DNA of 64,000 nt, from the NCBI GenBank assembly GCA_041576165.1, contig JBFGLM010000018.1, positions 1 to 64,000 on the forward strand, in the 5' to 3' direction. This document shows positions 51,157 to 60,634 of this stretch, in pieces. The number at the start of each line of letters is the position of its first letter. The first letter of the stretch is position 1. A program made the translations under genes and the position numbers. The notes below the pieces were generated by a model, which saw nothing but the letters and a program-made list of their open reading frames with translations, did no database searches and was not told the origin of the DNA. Origin of the DNA: Acidimicrobiia bacterium. Its GTDB lineage: Bacteria; Actinomycetota; Acidimicrobiia; Spongiisociales; Spongiisociaceae.

Positions 51157-52974
51157 ATGAAAAGGCGTGCGCATTTACCGATGCTCATCGCGCTGGCGTT
51201 GACCATGGCCACGATTGCCACGGTCCCGGCCGCAGCGCAACACGCGACTGACCCGAATACCGTGCTCCTGGACGATTTCGACGGCGTCACACAGGGCGAG
51301 GAGCACGGAACCATCAGCTATGCACCGTCGCTTCCAGCGCTTGGTCAGGCCGTCGACTTGGAGCCCGGCGACTGGTTGAAGTACGCCGTGCCGCCTTGGG
51401 CCGGGCAACAAGGCACGATCGAGGCGTGGATCTACCCGGCCACCTATGGCTACAGCATCGCGCTGCTCCAGTGGATCAACACCAACACCAACCCCCCGGC
51501 CGGCTACATCGGGCACTTGAACATCAATCCCGACGGGCACCTGCAGTGGGGTTCCTGGGGTCCACCGTGGTGCTCGCCACCGACGCTGACTGGAAGCAGC
51601 GTCATTCCTCTCGAGGAATGGACACACGTCGCCGCCACCTGGAGCCCGGACGATACCCGCTTGTACGTCAACGGCGTGCTCGACTTCGTGAGCACATGTA
51701 ACCGGGCGCCGGCCCTTTGGACCGATCCGACCTACGTCTACGTCAACGGCTGGGGCGACTTCGATCACGGTCTCATGGACGAGTTCCGTATCTCCAGCGT
51801 GCCGAGGAGCGAGGAGGAGATCAGGGCTTACGTGATCGAGATTCTTAACTCGCCGCCGGTCAGCGACCCGAACGGGCCGTACCTGGGCGCGATGGACGTG
51901 GATGTCGGCTTCGACGGCACCGCATCCTCCGACCCCGACGGCGACCCCCTCGTGTACGACTGGGACTGGGGCGACACCACGGCCTCCTCTAACGCGGGGG
52001 CGATGCCGACCCACACCTATGACGCTGCGGGGATCTACGACATATGCCTGACGGTGACCGACGCCTTTGGGGAGTCGAACACCGCGTGTACCTACATCGT
52101 GGTGTACGACTCCGACGGGGGATTCGTCACCGGCGGCGGCTGGATCGAATCGCCCGCGAACGCCTACTACCCGGCGGATATGCCGTTCTTTGATGGCAGC
52201 TACTACGACATCTTCTTCTCGGAAGAGCCGCTGGATTTCTTCGATGCGCGTGACCTAGTGGCCGGGATGAGTTGTGATCGGTGTGAGAGCGCCCATCTCG
52301 CCACGGTTACTTCCCAAGGCGAGTACGACACGGTCCTTGAGTTGTTCGACGAGTTCGGTGGTGCGGTGTTGGGTGGCTTCCAAGAAGAGGGGGTGTCCCC
52401 GCCCTATGCCGGTTGGCAGTGGGTCACCGGTGAGTCGTTCGACTTCGAGGCCACGCTCGATTGGTGGCTCCCAGGCGAACCAAACGACTGCGGCCCCTCG
52501 AACACAGACGAATGTGTTCCTGGCTCCGAGCAGGTCCTAGAAATGTACTCGGACCCGGAAGGCTGGAACGATGTCCCCTTCTACGAGCCGAGGAATGTCT
52601 TCATGGTCGAGTACGAGGACTGTGATTTTGGACCCACCGGCAAGGCGACATTCGCGTTTGTCTCCAAGTACAAGAAGGGTGCGTCGGCGCCGACCGGCAA
52701 CACCGAGTTCCGGTTCAACGCTGGAGACCTTAACTTCCATTCGACCAGCTACGACTGGCTGGTGGTGACGGGTTCCGACTACGCCAAGTTCAAGGGCACG
52801 GGAACCATCAACGGTGAGGGTGAGTACAAGTTCCAGATATGGGCTGGAGACGGTGACCCCGACACCTTCCGTATCAAGATCTGGTACGAAGACGGCGGAG
52901 AGGTTGTCGTCTACGACAATGGAATGAACCAACCAATCGGCGGCGGCAGCATCATTGTTCATGCAAGGAAATAG
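51157..52974 (+). CDS. Secreted protein: LamG + PKD + C-type-lectin-like insert + C-terminal beta domain
   Basis: Signal peptide; WTHVAATW..LYVNG..DEFRIS; FDGTASSDPDG..WDWGD; HLATVTS..WQWVTGE..PGEPND..WND. Confidence 0.85.
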   Translation: MKRRAHLPMLIALALTMATIATVPAAAQHATDPNTVLLDDFDGVTQGEEHGTISYAPSLPALGQAVDLEPGDWLKYAVPPWAGQQGTIEAWIYPATYGYSIALLQWINTNTNPPAGYIGHLNINPDGHLQWGSWGPPWCSPPTLTGSSVIPLEEWTHVAATWSPDDTRLYVNGVLDFVSTCNRAPALWTDPTYVYVNGWGDFDHGLMDEFRISSVPRSEEEIRAYVIEILNSPPVSDPNGPYLGAMDVDVGFDGTASSDPDGDPLVYDWDWGDTTASSNAGAMPTHTYDAAGIYDICLTVTDAFGESNTACTYIVVYDSDGGFVTGGGWIESPANAYYPADMPFFDGSYYDIFFSEEPLDFFDARDLVAGMSCDRCESAHLATVTSQGEYDTVLELFDEFGGAVLGGFQEEGVSPPYAGWQWVTGESFDFEATLDWWLPGEPNDCGPSNTDECVPGSEQVLEMYSDPEGWNDVPFYEPRNVFMVEYEDCDFGPTGKATFAFVSKYKKGASAPTGNTEFRFNAGDLNFHSTSYDWLVVTGSDYAKFKGTGTINGEGEYKFQIWAGDGDPDTFRIKIWYEDGGEVVVYDNGMNQPIGGGSIIVHARK

Positions 52975-52993
52975 CCCCACCAACGCACGTCTA

Positions 52994-53023
52994 CGGGGAG
53001 CGACCACACCGGGTGGCTCCCCG
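52994..53023 (+). terminator. Terminator-like hairpin
   Basis: CGGGGAGC..CCAC/GTGG-CTCCCCG bulged stem about 20 nt after the stop. Confidence 0.45.
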
Positions 53024-53274
53024 TTCCCGCGGATCATCTCTCCGTTTCAGCGCGGCCCTCCCCGCAGCAAGCTCACCTGCACGGTGACCGCTGATAGCGC
53101 ACCTGTATGGCGTTCCTAGCCATGGACTGACACGTGGGTCAGGCCGCCAGCACCATCGACGGCCGTCCTGCGCTGGTGGCGGAACGGTGGGGCCGACAGT
53201 CGATGGCGAAGCGTGACCTGCATCGCCTATCGTCTCCCTAGCGGGCACTCATCGCAAAGTGGGGGGTTGAGCCA

Positions 53275-54960
53275 ATGGCCTATGCGAGCAGACGGAGCCT
53301 CGTCGTCCCCTTCGTCGTCGCCCTCGTCGGATCCGTAATGCTCGCCATCGCCTCCGATCGGCCAGCGCTGGCGGCCGGATCCGAGATCAGTACGATCTCC
53401 AACCCGAGCGCGCTGGAGGGTGGTGACTCCGGGACCACCAACGTCACGTTCGTGGTCACCGCCACCTGCACGGAGGCGCTCAATGTCATCATCGACTGGC
53501 GTATCGACGACGGCACGGCCACCACCGCCGACAACGACTACGACGACGCCACCGGACAGCTCGACGACGTGTGCCAGGCAGCCGGCACCGAGACGTTTAA
53601 CATCACGGTGTCGGTCAACGGCGACACCAACTTCGAGGCCAACGAGACGTTCGACCTGGTGCTGGTCAACCCGTCGATCGGCACACCGAGCTTCGCGCTG
53701 ACCGCCGACACCGGCACCGCCACGATCCTCAACGACGACGCAGCCAACCAGCCGCCCGCCGTCACCGTCGACCAAGCAGCGGTGACGGTCGGCGAGGGGA
53801 GCACCGCCCTCAACGGCGGCACCGTCGCGGACCCGGACGGCGACCAGGTGACGATCTCGGCGTCGGTCGGTTCGGTGACGAACAACGGCGACGGCACATG
53901 GAGCTGGTCGTACCCGACCACCGACGGTCCCGACGAGTCCCAGACCGTGACCATCACCGCCGACGACGGCAGCCTGACCACCTCTACCGCGTTCCAGGTT
54001 GTCGTGATGAACGTGGCGCCGAGCGTCGCTGCCGACAACGCCTCGGTCGTCGTGGCCGAGGGCGCGACTGCGGCGAACACGGGGACGTTCTCCGACCCGG
54101 GCGCCGACACCGTGACGATCGGGGCGTCGGTGGGCACGGTGACCCAGGGCGCCGGCACCTGGAGTTGGTCGTACCCGACCACCGACGGTTTCGGCGACTC
54201 CCAGACCGCGACCATCACTGCCACCGACAGCGACGGCGCCTCGTCCGCCACCACGTTCGACCTCGGCGTCACCAACGTGGCGCCGACCGCAGATGCCGGC
54301 CCCCACCAGACGGTGTTCCGCTTCGACCCGGTGACGGTCACCGGCACGTGGACGGACCCGGCCGGCAGCGCCGACGACGACTATTCGTGGAGCTGGGACC
54401 TCGACGGAGATGCCGTCGTCGACGACTCCGGCACGGCGGGCTCCGGCTCGACGATCACCAGGGCAACGTCGTTCGCCCTCGAGGGCGTCTACACCCTGAC
54501 CTTCGGCGTCACCGATAAGGACGGGGCGAGCGACAGCGACACGGTCGAGATCGAGGTGCTCAACCAGCCCCCGGTGTGCACGGCCGCCCGACCGAGCGTC
54601 GGCACCCTGTGGCCGCCCAACCACCGCCTGGTCGACGTAGCGGTCCTCGCGGTAACCGACCCCGAAGGCGATCCGATCGTCGTCACCATCGACTCGATCT
54701 TCCAGGACGAGCCCGTGGGAGGCCTGGGCGACGGAAACACGGCACCTGACGGTTTCGGCGTTGGCACGTCGACGGCGTCCGTCCGGGCAGAGCGCGACGG
54801 CGCCGGCAATGGGCGCGTGTACCACGTCGCCTTCACCGCGGGCGACGGCCATGGGGGCTCGTGCTCATCGGTGATCCAGGTGAGCGTGCCCGTCAGTCAG
54901 CGCATGGGCGGCGCTTTCGTCGACGACGGAGCCCTGTTCGACTCGACGGCCGCTCCGTAG
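53275..54960 (+). CDS. Secreted Calx-beta / Ig-like repeat / PKD protein
   Basis: Signal peptide; EGGDSG..NGDTNFEANETF Calx-beta; two TWSWSYPTTDG repeats; WDLDGD; LWPPNH..RAERDG.GNGRVY domain. Confidence 0.85.
   Translation: MAYASRRSLVVPFVVALVGSVMLAIASDRPALAAGSEISTISNPSALEGGDSGTTNVTFVVTATCTEALNVIIDWRIDDGTATTADNDYDDATGQLDDVCQAAGTETFNITVSVNGDTNFEANETFDLVLVNPSIGTPSFALTADTGTATILNDDAANQPPAVTVDQAAVTVGEGSTALNGGTVADPDGDQVTISASVGSVTNNGDGTWSWSYPTTDGPDESQTVTITADDGSLTTSTAFQVVVMNVAPSVAADNASVVVAEGATAANTGTFSDPGADTVTIGASVGTVTQGAGTWSWSYPTTDGFGDSQTATITATDSDGASSATTFDLGVTNVAPTADAGPHQTVFRFDPVTVTGTWTDPAGSADDDYSWSWDLDGDAVVDDSGTAGSGSTITRATSFALEGVYTLTFGVTDKDGASDSDTVEIEVLNQPPVCTAARPSVGTLWPPNHRLVDVAVLAVTDPEGDPIVVTIDSIFQDEPVGGLGDGNTAPDGFGVGTSTASVRAERDGAGNGRVYHVAFTAGDGHGGSCSSVIQVSVPVSQRMGGAFVDDGALFDSTAAP
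53746..54273 (+). repeat. Two tandem intragenic Ig-like repeats of 88 codons
   Basis: Units begin at 53746 and 54010; both contain GCGTCGGT and TGGTCGTACCCGACCACCGACGGT. Confidence 0.8.
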
Positions 54961-55059
54961 GTCCGCCGGTCGCTGCCGACCCGTTCCACGAAGCGTCGGG
55001 CAGGCTCACGGCTGGCACCAACGCCATCGCCCAGGCCGGCATCACTTCGGATGCGGAAG

Positions 55060-55290
55060 CAATGTCGACTGCCCCAAGCAGCTCATAGCCCGAGTGGAGC
55101 ATGGCGTCATAGAGGTCGTTCTTGGTGGCGAAGTATTGATACAGCGAGGGAGCCTTCATCCCAACGCTGGCCGCTACGTGGCGCATGGAGAAGCCCTCGA
55201 TCCCTTCCGCTCGAGCAAGCTCCCAAGCGGCTTCAACGATCTCGGCCCTGGACTCAAGGTGTCGTCTCGTTCTTCGGTCGAGCTCTTGAC
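55060..55290 (-). pseudogene. TetR-family regulator fragment
   Basis: RAEIVEAAWELARAEGIEGFSMRHVAASVGMKAPSLYQYFATKNDLYD HTH; no standard start codon upstream of the first helix and no recognisable C-domain. Confidence 0.7.
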
Positions 55291-55315
55291 TCGGAGATCG
55301 CTGGGTGATGCCCAG

Positions 55316-55624
55316 TCACCGCGAGGGCTGACCGCAATCCAGAGCGACCTTGCCGGTCTCATCGATGCTGACACCCTCGCGACGCAGCAGTGGTTCCTGT
55401 GTCGGGCGGTGGGTCCGGTACAGGCGGCCCGACGAAGGTATGACTCGCCACCAGGGCAGATCGGGGAACCGTCGCAAGACATTCGCCACTGCCTGCGCAG
55501 ATCCCGGATGTCCTGCCTCCGCTGCCACCTCCGCATACGTGGCGACGTCGCCAGGTCGCAGCGACGCGACGATGGCTGTCACTGCCCGCTGGAAGTCTGT
55601 CGGTTGCTGAGGCGGGTTCGGCAT
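55316..55624 (-). CDS. MGMT-family alkyltransferase-like protein (ATL)
   Basis: GDVATYAEVA and PWWRVI (Trp replaces the active Cys); start may be 55645. Confidence 0.85.
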   Translation of the reverse strand: MPNPPQQPTDFQRAVTAIVASLRPGDVATYAEVAAEAGHPGSAQAVANVLRRFPDLPWWRVIPSSGRLYRTHRPTQEPLLRREGVSIDETGKVALDCGQPSR

Positions 55625-55857
55625 CCCACCGGGCGGCATAGTCATGACGTCCAGGATGACATCTCCCCGAGGTTCGATGTTCGACCGGCTGGACCGTTTG
55701 AACGTCGCCGGCCTGGTTGGGCTACTCAAACGTATAGACACATTTCGGATAATTCTCATGGAAAGACCGTCCACCTTTGCGCCAGACAACGATAGGGTGC
55801 GAACGACGGCCAGTCAGGACCGCGTGCCAGGCGCGGGGCCGCAGTGGGGAGGGGCAC

Positions 55858-58800
55858 ATGACGGGATCTCGGTACGCTCGAATGCGAGGGGCAGCGGCCG
55901 ACAGGCTTGCACTGCTGTTGGTGCTGAGCTTAGTTGCGTCCCTCGCAATGGTTGGTTCGCCCGAGGAAGCCGCGGGCTCTGAGCCACCGGTGCCGTCGCT
56001 GTGGCTTGTTGACGACGGCACTGACATGACGTACAACGTCACACCCGACGGCGACCTCAACTTCTCGTTTGCCACTCCCAGGAATGCCGTCTCGTCCGTT
56101 GCGCTCGACCCAACTGATCAGTCGTTGTGGGGCGCGAATGACGGGGCCACGAGCCGGCTCGTCAACTACACCTACGAGGTCGTCGACGGGCAAGCGGTGG
56201 CAGTCGTCCTGCAGGAGATTCTCGGGTCGGAATTCGGGGCTGTGAGCGGCGAGGGTGTAGCCGTCACATTCAACCCCGGGAACGACACCCTGTGGGTGGT
56301 CGATGATCCCCTCATCTCTTCTGAACTCGAGCCAACCGTATTCAATATCACCCAGGACGGAACGCTGATCTCGTCATTCCCTACGAGCACGTTCGATCCT
56401 GCATCGCGTAGCCCACAGGCCATTGCGTTCGACCAGTACACCGACACGCTGTGGATCACCGACAATTCCGCAGACAAGATCTACAACGTGACGTTCAATG
56501 GGACCTTGATCAGCACCATCCCGCTGAACGTGGAGCCGTTTTCGATACGCAACGTGCAGGGCGTCTCGGTCGAATCCGCCAACGTCCTATGGTTGACCGC
56601 CCGAGATACCGATCTGGTCTACCGGATCTCGACCGACGGGACGATATTGTCGACGTTCTCGATCAGCCACGTCGACGCCAACGCCGGCAATCCGACCGGC
56701 GTTGCGTATGACCCCGGTTCGGCAGCCTTGCGGCTGGGGGAGGCGGGATCATTCGCGATGCTGGGGCTTGCGGGCGCCAAGCTCAAACTGGAGGATGTCG
56801 CGCAGGCGTCCGGTGTCGTTGGCGACGTTGGCCTCTCGGCCGGGGCGAAGCAGGAGTTCAATGACGGCTTGCTGACCGGAAGCTATATCGTCGATCCGGA
56901 TGCCGACAATGACCAGTCCCACGATGTGGTGATCTCCGGCGAAACTCTGACAGCCGATCTCTCCCAAGCCGTCACCGACGCACTGGATCTCGCGTCGACT
57001 TCGGCGGCGCTGCCATCCGATTTCACGTTCGACGAAATCAAAACCAACACGGTCGTGGTCGGGGCGCCGGGCATCAACGTCATAGATACAAACAAGATCG
57101 AGCTGGACGGCGAAACACTTCGACTTGAGGGCTTCCCGACGTCCGTCTTCATCATCAACGTCGGACAATCGTTCAAACTCAAGAACGGCAGCTCGATGCA
57201 ACTGACCGGAGGCGTCGATCCAACCAACGTGCTGGTCAACATCACCGGCGGATCGGACTCTGCGATCGAGGGTGGAAGTGTGGCCGCCGGCACGATCCTG
57301 GCCCCGGCCGCCAAGATGAAGATCAAGGACCAGGGCTCGTTCTTGCTTGGTTCGATCATCGGCGGCGAAGAAATCAAGCTAGAGAGTGGTGGGCGTTTGC
57401 GCTCATTCAGCGAGGCCATCACTCCTGGAACTGCCCTGGCTCCACCGGGCGTCGCCGTCGTGGCTTTGCCTGGGACGAAAGCGAAGCTGAAGGACCCGAA
57501 CTCGCTCGTATCAGGTGATGTCCTCCTGGGGCCGGCCTCTGAGCAGGACTTTGACAGCGGTGTTATCGCGGGGACGCTGCAGCTGGACCCAACGGCCAAC
57601 GCTTCCAGCAATCACGCAGTCGAGATCAGCGGCGGCACCGTCGAGATGGATCTCTCGCGCGTCGTCGCCGACCTGGTCGACGCGTCGACAGCCTATGCGA
57701 ACATGACTCCTGCGCAGAGTTTCGACGAGATAGAGAGCACGACGACGATCGCCGGAGTGACTGGACTCAACGTCATCCACGCCGAGAAGATCGAGCTCGA
57801 CAACGGCGAGCAGCTGATCCTGACCGGTGATGCCACCGCCAAGTTCGTATTCAACCTGTCGGACAAGTTCAAGCTCAAAGAGGGGAGCGCGATCGTGCTC
57901 TCAGAGGACCTACCCGCCGAAAACGTGGTCTTCAACGTGCGCGGCAATTCCGACTCCGCGGTGGAGGGCAGCAGCGTTGGTCGGGGCACCATCCTCGCTC
58001 CATATGCAAACAAAGTGAAGGTCAAGGATGCCGGATCGGCGGTGTTCGGTGCATTGATCGGTTCCGGTGAGGTCATCATCGAATCAGGAGGTGCGGTAGA
58101 TCATGGCCTTCCACCAACTCCTTCGCTCGCACAAACGAGCTTTCGTGTTCGGGACGACTCCACGGCGCTGGCCGCTGATAGCGGGTGGCTGGGCTTGCTC
58201 AACGAAGCCGTGACCGTCGCCGCGGAGACGACATTCCGGCTACGACTGGAGATCGAAGAGACAAATGGTGCACGGGCGGAGGCCGCCTTCCTGCTCCAGT
58301 ACCGCCAAAACGGCGGGGCGTGGACAGATGTCCACACCAGCCGCCCAATAGACGAACGCGATCGTTCCGCTACCCACGGAGTCGAATCGTGGCCCACCAC
58401 GCACTACGCGACGGGTGATCCCACCGACGATCTGCTGGCCGGGTCAGGTCGTGATTTCGTTGGCGGCATCGCCAGCGCCGCCCCATCCAACGGCACGGCG
58501 TCGGTGGTGTTGGAGGGGGAGCACACCGAGCTGGAATGGGCCATACGGATCCACAAGTTCTACGACGGCAGATCGATCAACCAGGTGGGAGACACCTTCG
58601 AGTTCCGGGTGGTCCTCGCCGACGGTACACCGCTCGACAGCTACGCAGCCACCCCGGTGCTCAGCCTCGATTGGCCCGATGGGCTCGTCGGCGGGACCTA
58701 TGTCGAGAGTCCCCACCGTCTCGGACCATTCCGCGACGGCAACGGCAATCTGTATTTCCCCGTCGAGTATGCCGAAACCGATGCCGAGTGGGTGATGTTG

Positions 58801-59841
58801 AAATCTCCGGATGGCGGCGTCACCTGGACGCCGGTGGATGAGGCCGGGGCGCCGGGGAGCGGCGACCTCGAGAGCGTGGATATCCACCAGGTCGGAGACA
58901 CTCTTCATATCCTGCACACCGGCGGTTCGACGGCCTCACTCCATCTCCGCTACTACACGTTCTCGATGTCGGACCATCCTTCGACGCCCGATGCATGGGG
59001 CGTGGATGAGCTGGTGACGAGCGGTTTCGCAGCCGGTGACCAGTCTTCTGCGCTCGGCGTGCTCGACGATGGGCGAGTCCGTGCGTTCTTCCGCTACGAC
59101 CGTGGCGGATCGGATCGGATCGGCTACCGGACCCGGGCGGTCGATGGCAGCTGGGATGCCACCACGACCGAGATCGACAGTGAGGCGGTGGATTTCACCG
59201 ATGTGGTCGTCGCCCGGTCCGCTGCTGAGGGGGATCTGGTCCATGTCTTTTACAACGACAACAGCAATGGCGTGTTCTATCACCGCGCCCTGGATGGTGA
59301 CGGCGCATTGTCGCCTCGGTCATTGATCGCCTCCGGCACCGGGACGCAGAGCGCCGACGAGCAGCCGCTCGTCCCGGCCGTGGTCTGGGACGACGGCAAC
59401 GATATGGTGATGGTTGGTTACTGGAGCGAGACGTCCGGGAGGCGGCTGCGGGCGGCAGTGCTGAAGAACGGTGGCGTCGTCTCGGACCGCCGCTGGTCGG
59501 ATGACGTGCCGGCCCAGGATCGGGGAACATCGTCGCAACCCGTGGCGGACCTGGCGAATGACGGCAGCACCGTGTACGGGTTGTTTGCCGATACCGGTTC
59601 CCCAGATCAGCTCTACGCCGATGTGAATGTCGACGATACGAGCTGGGGCCCCGACATACCTCAGTTTGCGAATCCTAACGATGATTTTGGCTGGATCCGT
59701 GGCAGGATCTTCACACACGCGGCATCCAACGGCGGTGCGAAGGTGTACGGCTTCGTCTACGACATCGGTAACGAGGCGGACCGGGTGGGCTACGGCACCG
59801 GGTACGTCTACTACGGAGAGCTGGCCGTCCCCTTCGGATGA
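55858..59841 (+). CDS. Large secreted modular protein: beta-propeller, two ice-binding-like/choice-of-anchor-A solenoid domains, BNR-containing C-module
   Basis: Signal peptide; repeated LWxxD blades; two GDV.L..DLS..V.D..F.IN..NV.N..GTILAP units; SPDGGVTW. Confidence 0.8.
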   Translation: MTGSRYARMRGAAADRLALLLVLSLVASLAMVGSPEEAAGSEPPVPSLWLVDDGTDMTYNVTPDGDLNFSFATPRNAVSSVALDPTDQSLWGANDGATSRLVNYTYEVVDGQAVAVVLQEILGSEFGAVSGEGVAVTFNPGNDTLWVVDDPLISSELEPTVFNITQDGTLISSFPTSTFDPASRSPQAIAFDQYTDTLWITDNSADKIYNVTFNGTLISTIPLNVEPFSIRNVQGVSVESANVLWLTARDTDLVYRISTDGTILSTFSISHVDANAGNPTGVAYDPGSAALRLGEAGSFAMLGLAGAKLKLEDVAQASGVVGDVGLSAGAKQEFNDGLLTGSYIVDPDADNDQSHDVVISGETLTADLSQAVTDALDLASTSAALPSDFTFDEIKTNTVVVGAPGINVIDTNKIELDGETLRLEGFPTSVFIINVGQSFKLKNGSSMQLTGGVDPTNVLVNITGGSDSAIEGGSVAAGTILAPAAKMKIKDQGSFLLGSIIGGEEIKLESGGRLRSFSEAITPGTALAPPGVAVVALPGTKAKLKDPNSLVSGDVLLGPASEQDFDSGVIAGTLQLDPTANASSNHAVEISGGTVEMDLSRVVADLVDASTAYANMTPAQSFDEIESTTTIAGVTGLNVIHAEKIELDNGEQLILTGDATAKFVFNLSDKFKLKEGSAIVLSEDLPAENVVFNVRGNSDSAVEGSSVGRGTILAPYANKVKVKDAGSAVFGALIGSGEVIIESGGAVDHGLPPTPSLAQTSFRVRDDSTALAADSGWLGLLNEAVTVAAETTFRLRLEIEETNGARAEAAFLLQYRQNGGAWTDVHTSRPIDERDRSATHGVESWPTTHYATGDPTDDLLAGSGRDFVGGIASAAPSNGTASVVLEGEHTELEWAIRIHKFYDGRSINQVGDTFEFRVVLADGTPLDSYAATPVLSLDWPDGLVGGTYVESPHRLGPFRDGNGNLYFPVEYAETDAEWVMLKSPDGGVTWTPVDEAGAPGSGDLESVDIHQVGDTLHILHTGGSTASLHLRYYTFSMSDHPSTPDAWGVDELVTSGFAAGDQSSALGVLDDGRVRAFFRYDRGGSDRIGYRTRAVDGSWDATTTEIDSEAVDFTDVVVARSAAEGDLVHVFYNDNSNGVFYHRALDGDGALSPRSLIASGTGTQSADEQPLVPAVVWDDGNDMVMVGYWSETSGRRLRAAVLKNGGVVSDRRWSDDVPAQDRGTSSQPVADLANDGSTVYGLFADTGSPDQLYADVNVDDTSWGPDIPQFANPNDDFGWIRGRIFTHAASNGGAKVYGFVYDIGNEADRVGYGTGYVYYGELAVPFG
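58141..59838 (+). repeat. Duplicated module, copy 1 (1698 nt)
   Basis: FRVRDDS...PFG is colinear with 60893-62590. Confidence 0.9.
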
Positions 59842-59948
59842 GCCGGCCTGGAGGCGTGCGATAGCCGGGACCGCTCTCCAGGCTGTCCGGCCGCGCAGCG
59901 AGAATCGTTCTCGGCTGTGTTCGGGCATCGTTGTGCTTGAGTGATCCG

Positions 59949-60536
59949 GTGACTGAATCGGAACGCGATCGCTGGGATGGCCGGTACGCGTCAGGCGTGT
60001 ACCAACCGAAGACCGAACCGTCGGAGTTCCTGGTTGACGCGATCAGGTTGATGCCGCCGGGACCCGCGCTCGTGCTCGCCTGCGGTGCCGGGCGCAATGC
60101 AATCCGACTGGCGGAGGCGGGCTTCGACGTGAAGGCAGTAGACATATCTTCGATCGCCATCGACGTGGCGCGGGCCGAGGCCGACCGGCGCGGTGTCTCT
60201 GTTGATTTCACGGTGGCCGACCTCGACGCCACCGAGCTTGAGCCCGGCATCTATCGACTCGTGACGATGATCCGGTACGTGAACCGCGATTTGTGGCCGC
60301 GAGCGGTGAAGGCGCTTGCTCCGCATGGCTGGATGGTGATGGAACAACACCTCCGGACGCATCAGCAAGCGAATGGGCCTCAGGATGACGCCTTTCGGGT
60401 CGGGCCCGGTGAGCTGCTCACGGCACTCTCGATGTTGCGGACCGTGCATTATTCGGAACGGTTGGAGGTGGCCGACGGTGATCGGCGGTGGGTGCTCGCC
60501 CGCTATCTCGGCTGCAACGGTGACCCGGGCTGGTGA
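59949..60536 (+). CDS. Class I SAM methyltransferase (TehB-like)
   Basis: RWDGRY, LVLACGAGRNA, AVDIS and GELL. Confidence 0.85.
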   Translation: MTESERDRWDGRYASGVYQPKTEPSEFLVDAIRLMPPGPALVLACGAGRNAIRLAEAGFDVKAVDISSIAIDVARAEADRRGVSVDFTVADLDATELEPGIYRLVTMIRYVNRDLWPRAVKALAPHGWMVMEQHLRTHQQANGPQDDAFRVGPGELLTALSMLRTVHYSERLEVADGDRRWVLARYLGCNGDPGW

Positions 60537-60634
60537 CCAGCGGCCCTGTTACGCGCAAAAGGCACGGTACGTTGAATGCCTGTGTACACCAGAGTCCAGG
60601 GTTCGACAGGGGCTGGGCGCAACGGAGGCTCCCC

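Noticed and set aside
53227-54852. 541-aa minus-strand ORF and similar long Arg/Gly-rich ORFs across the window
   Set aside because: Antisense or alternate-frame shadows of clear genes
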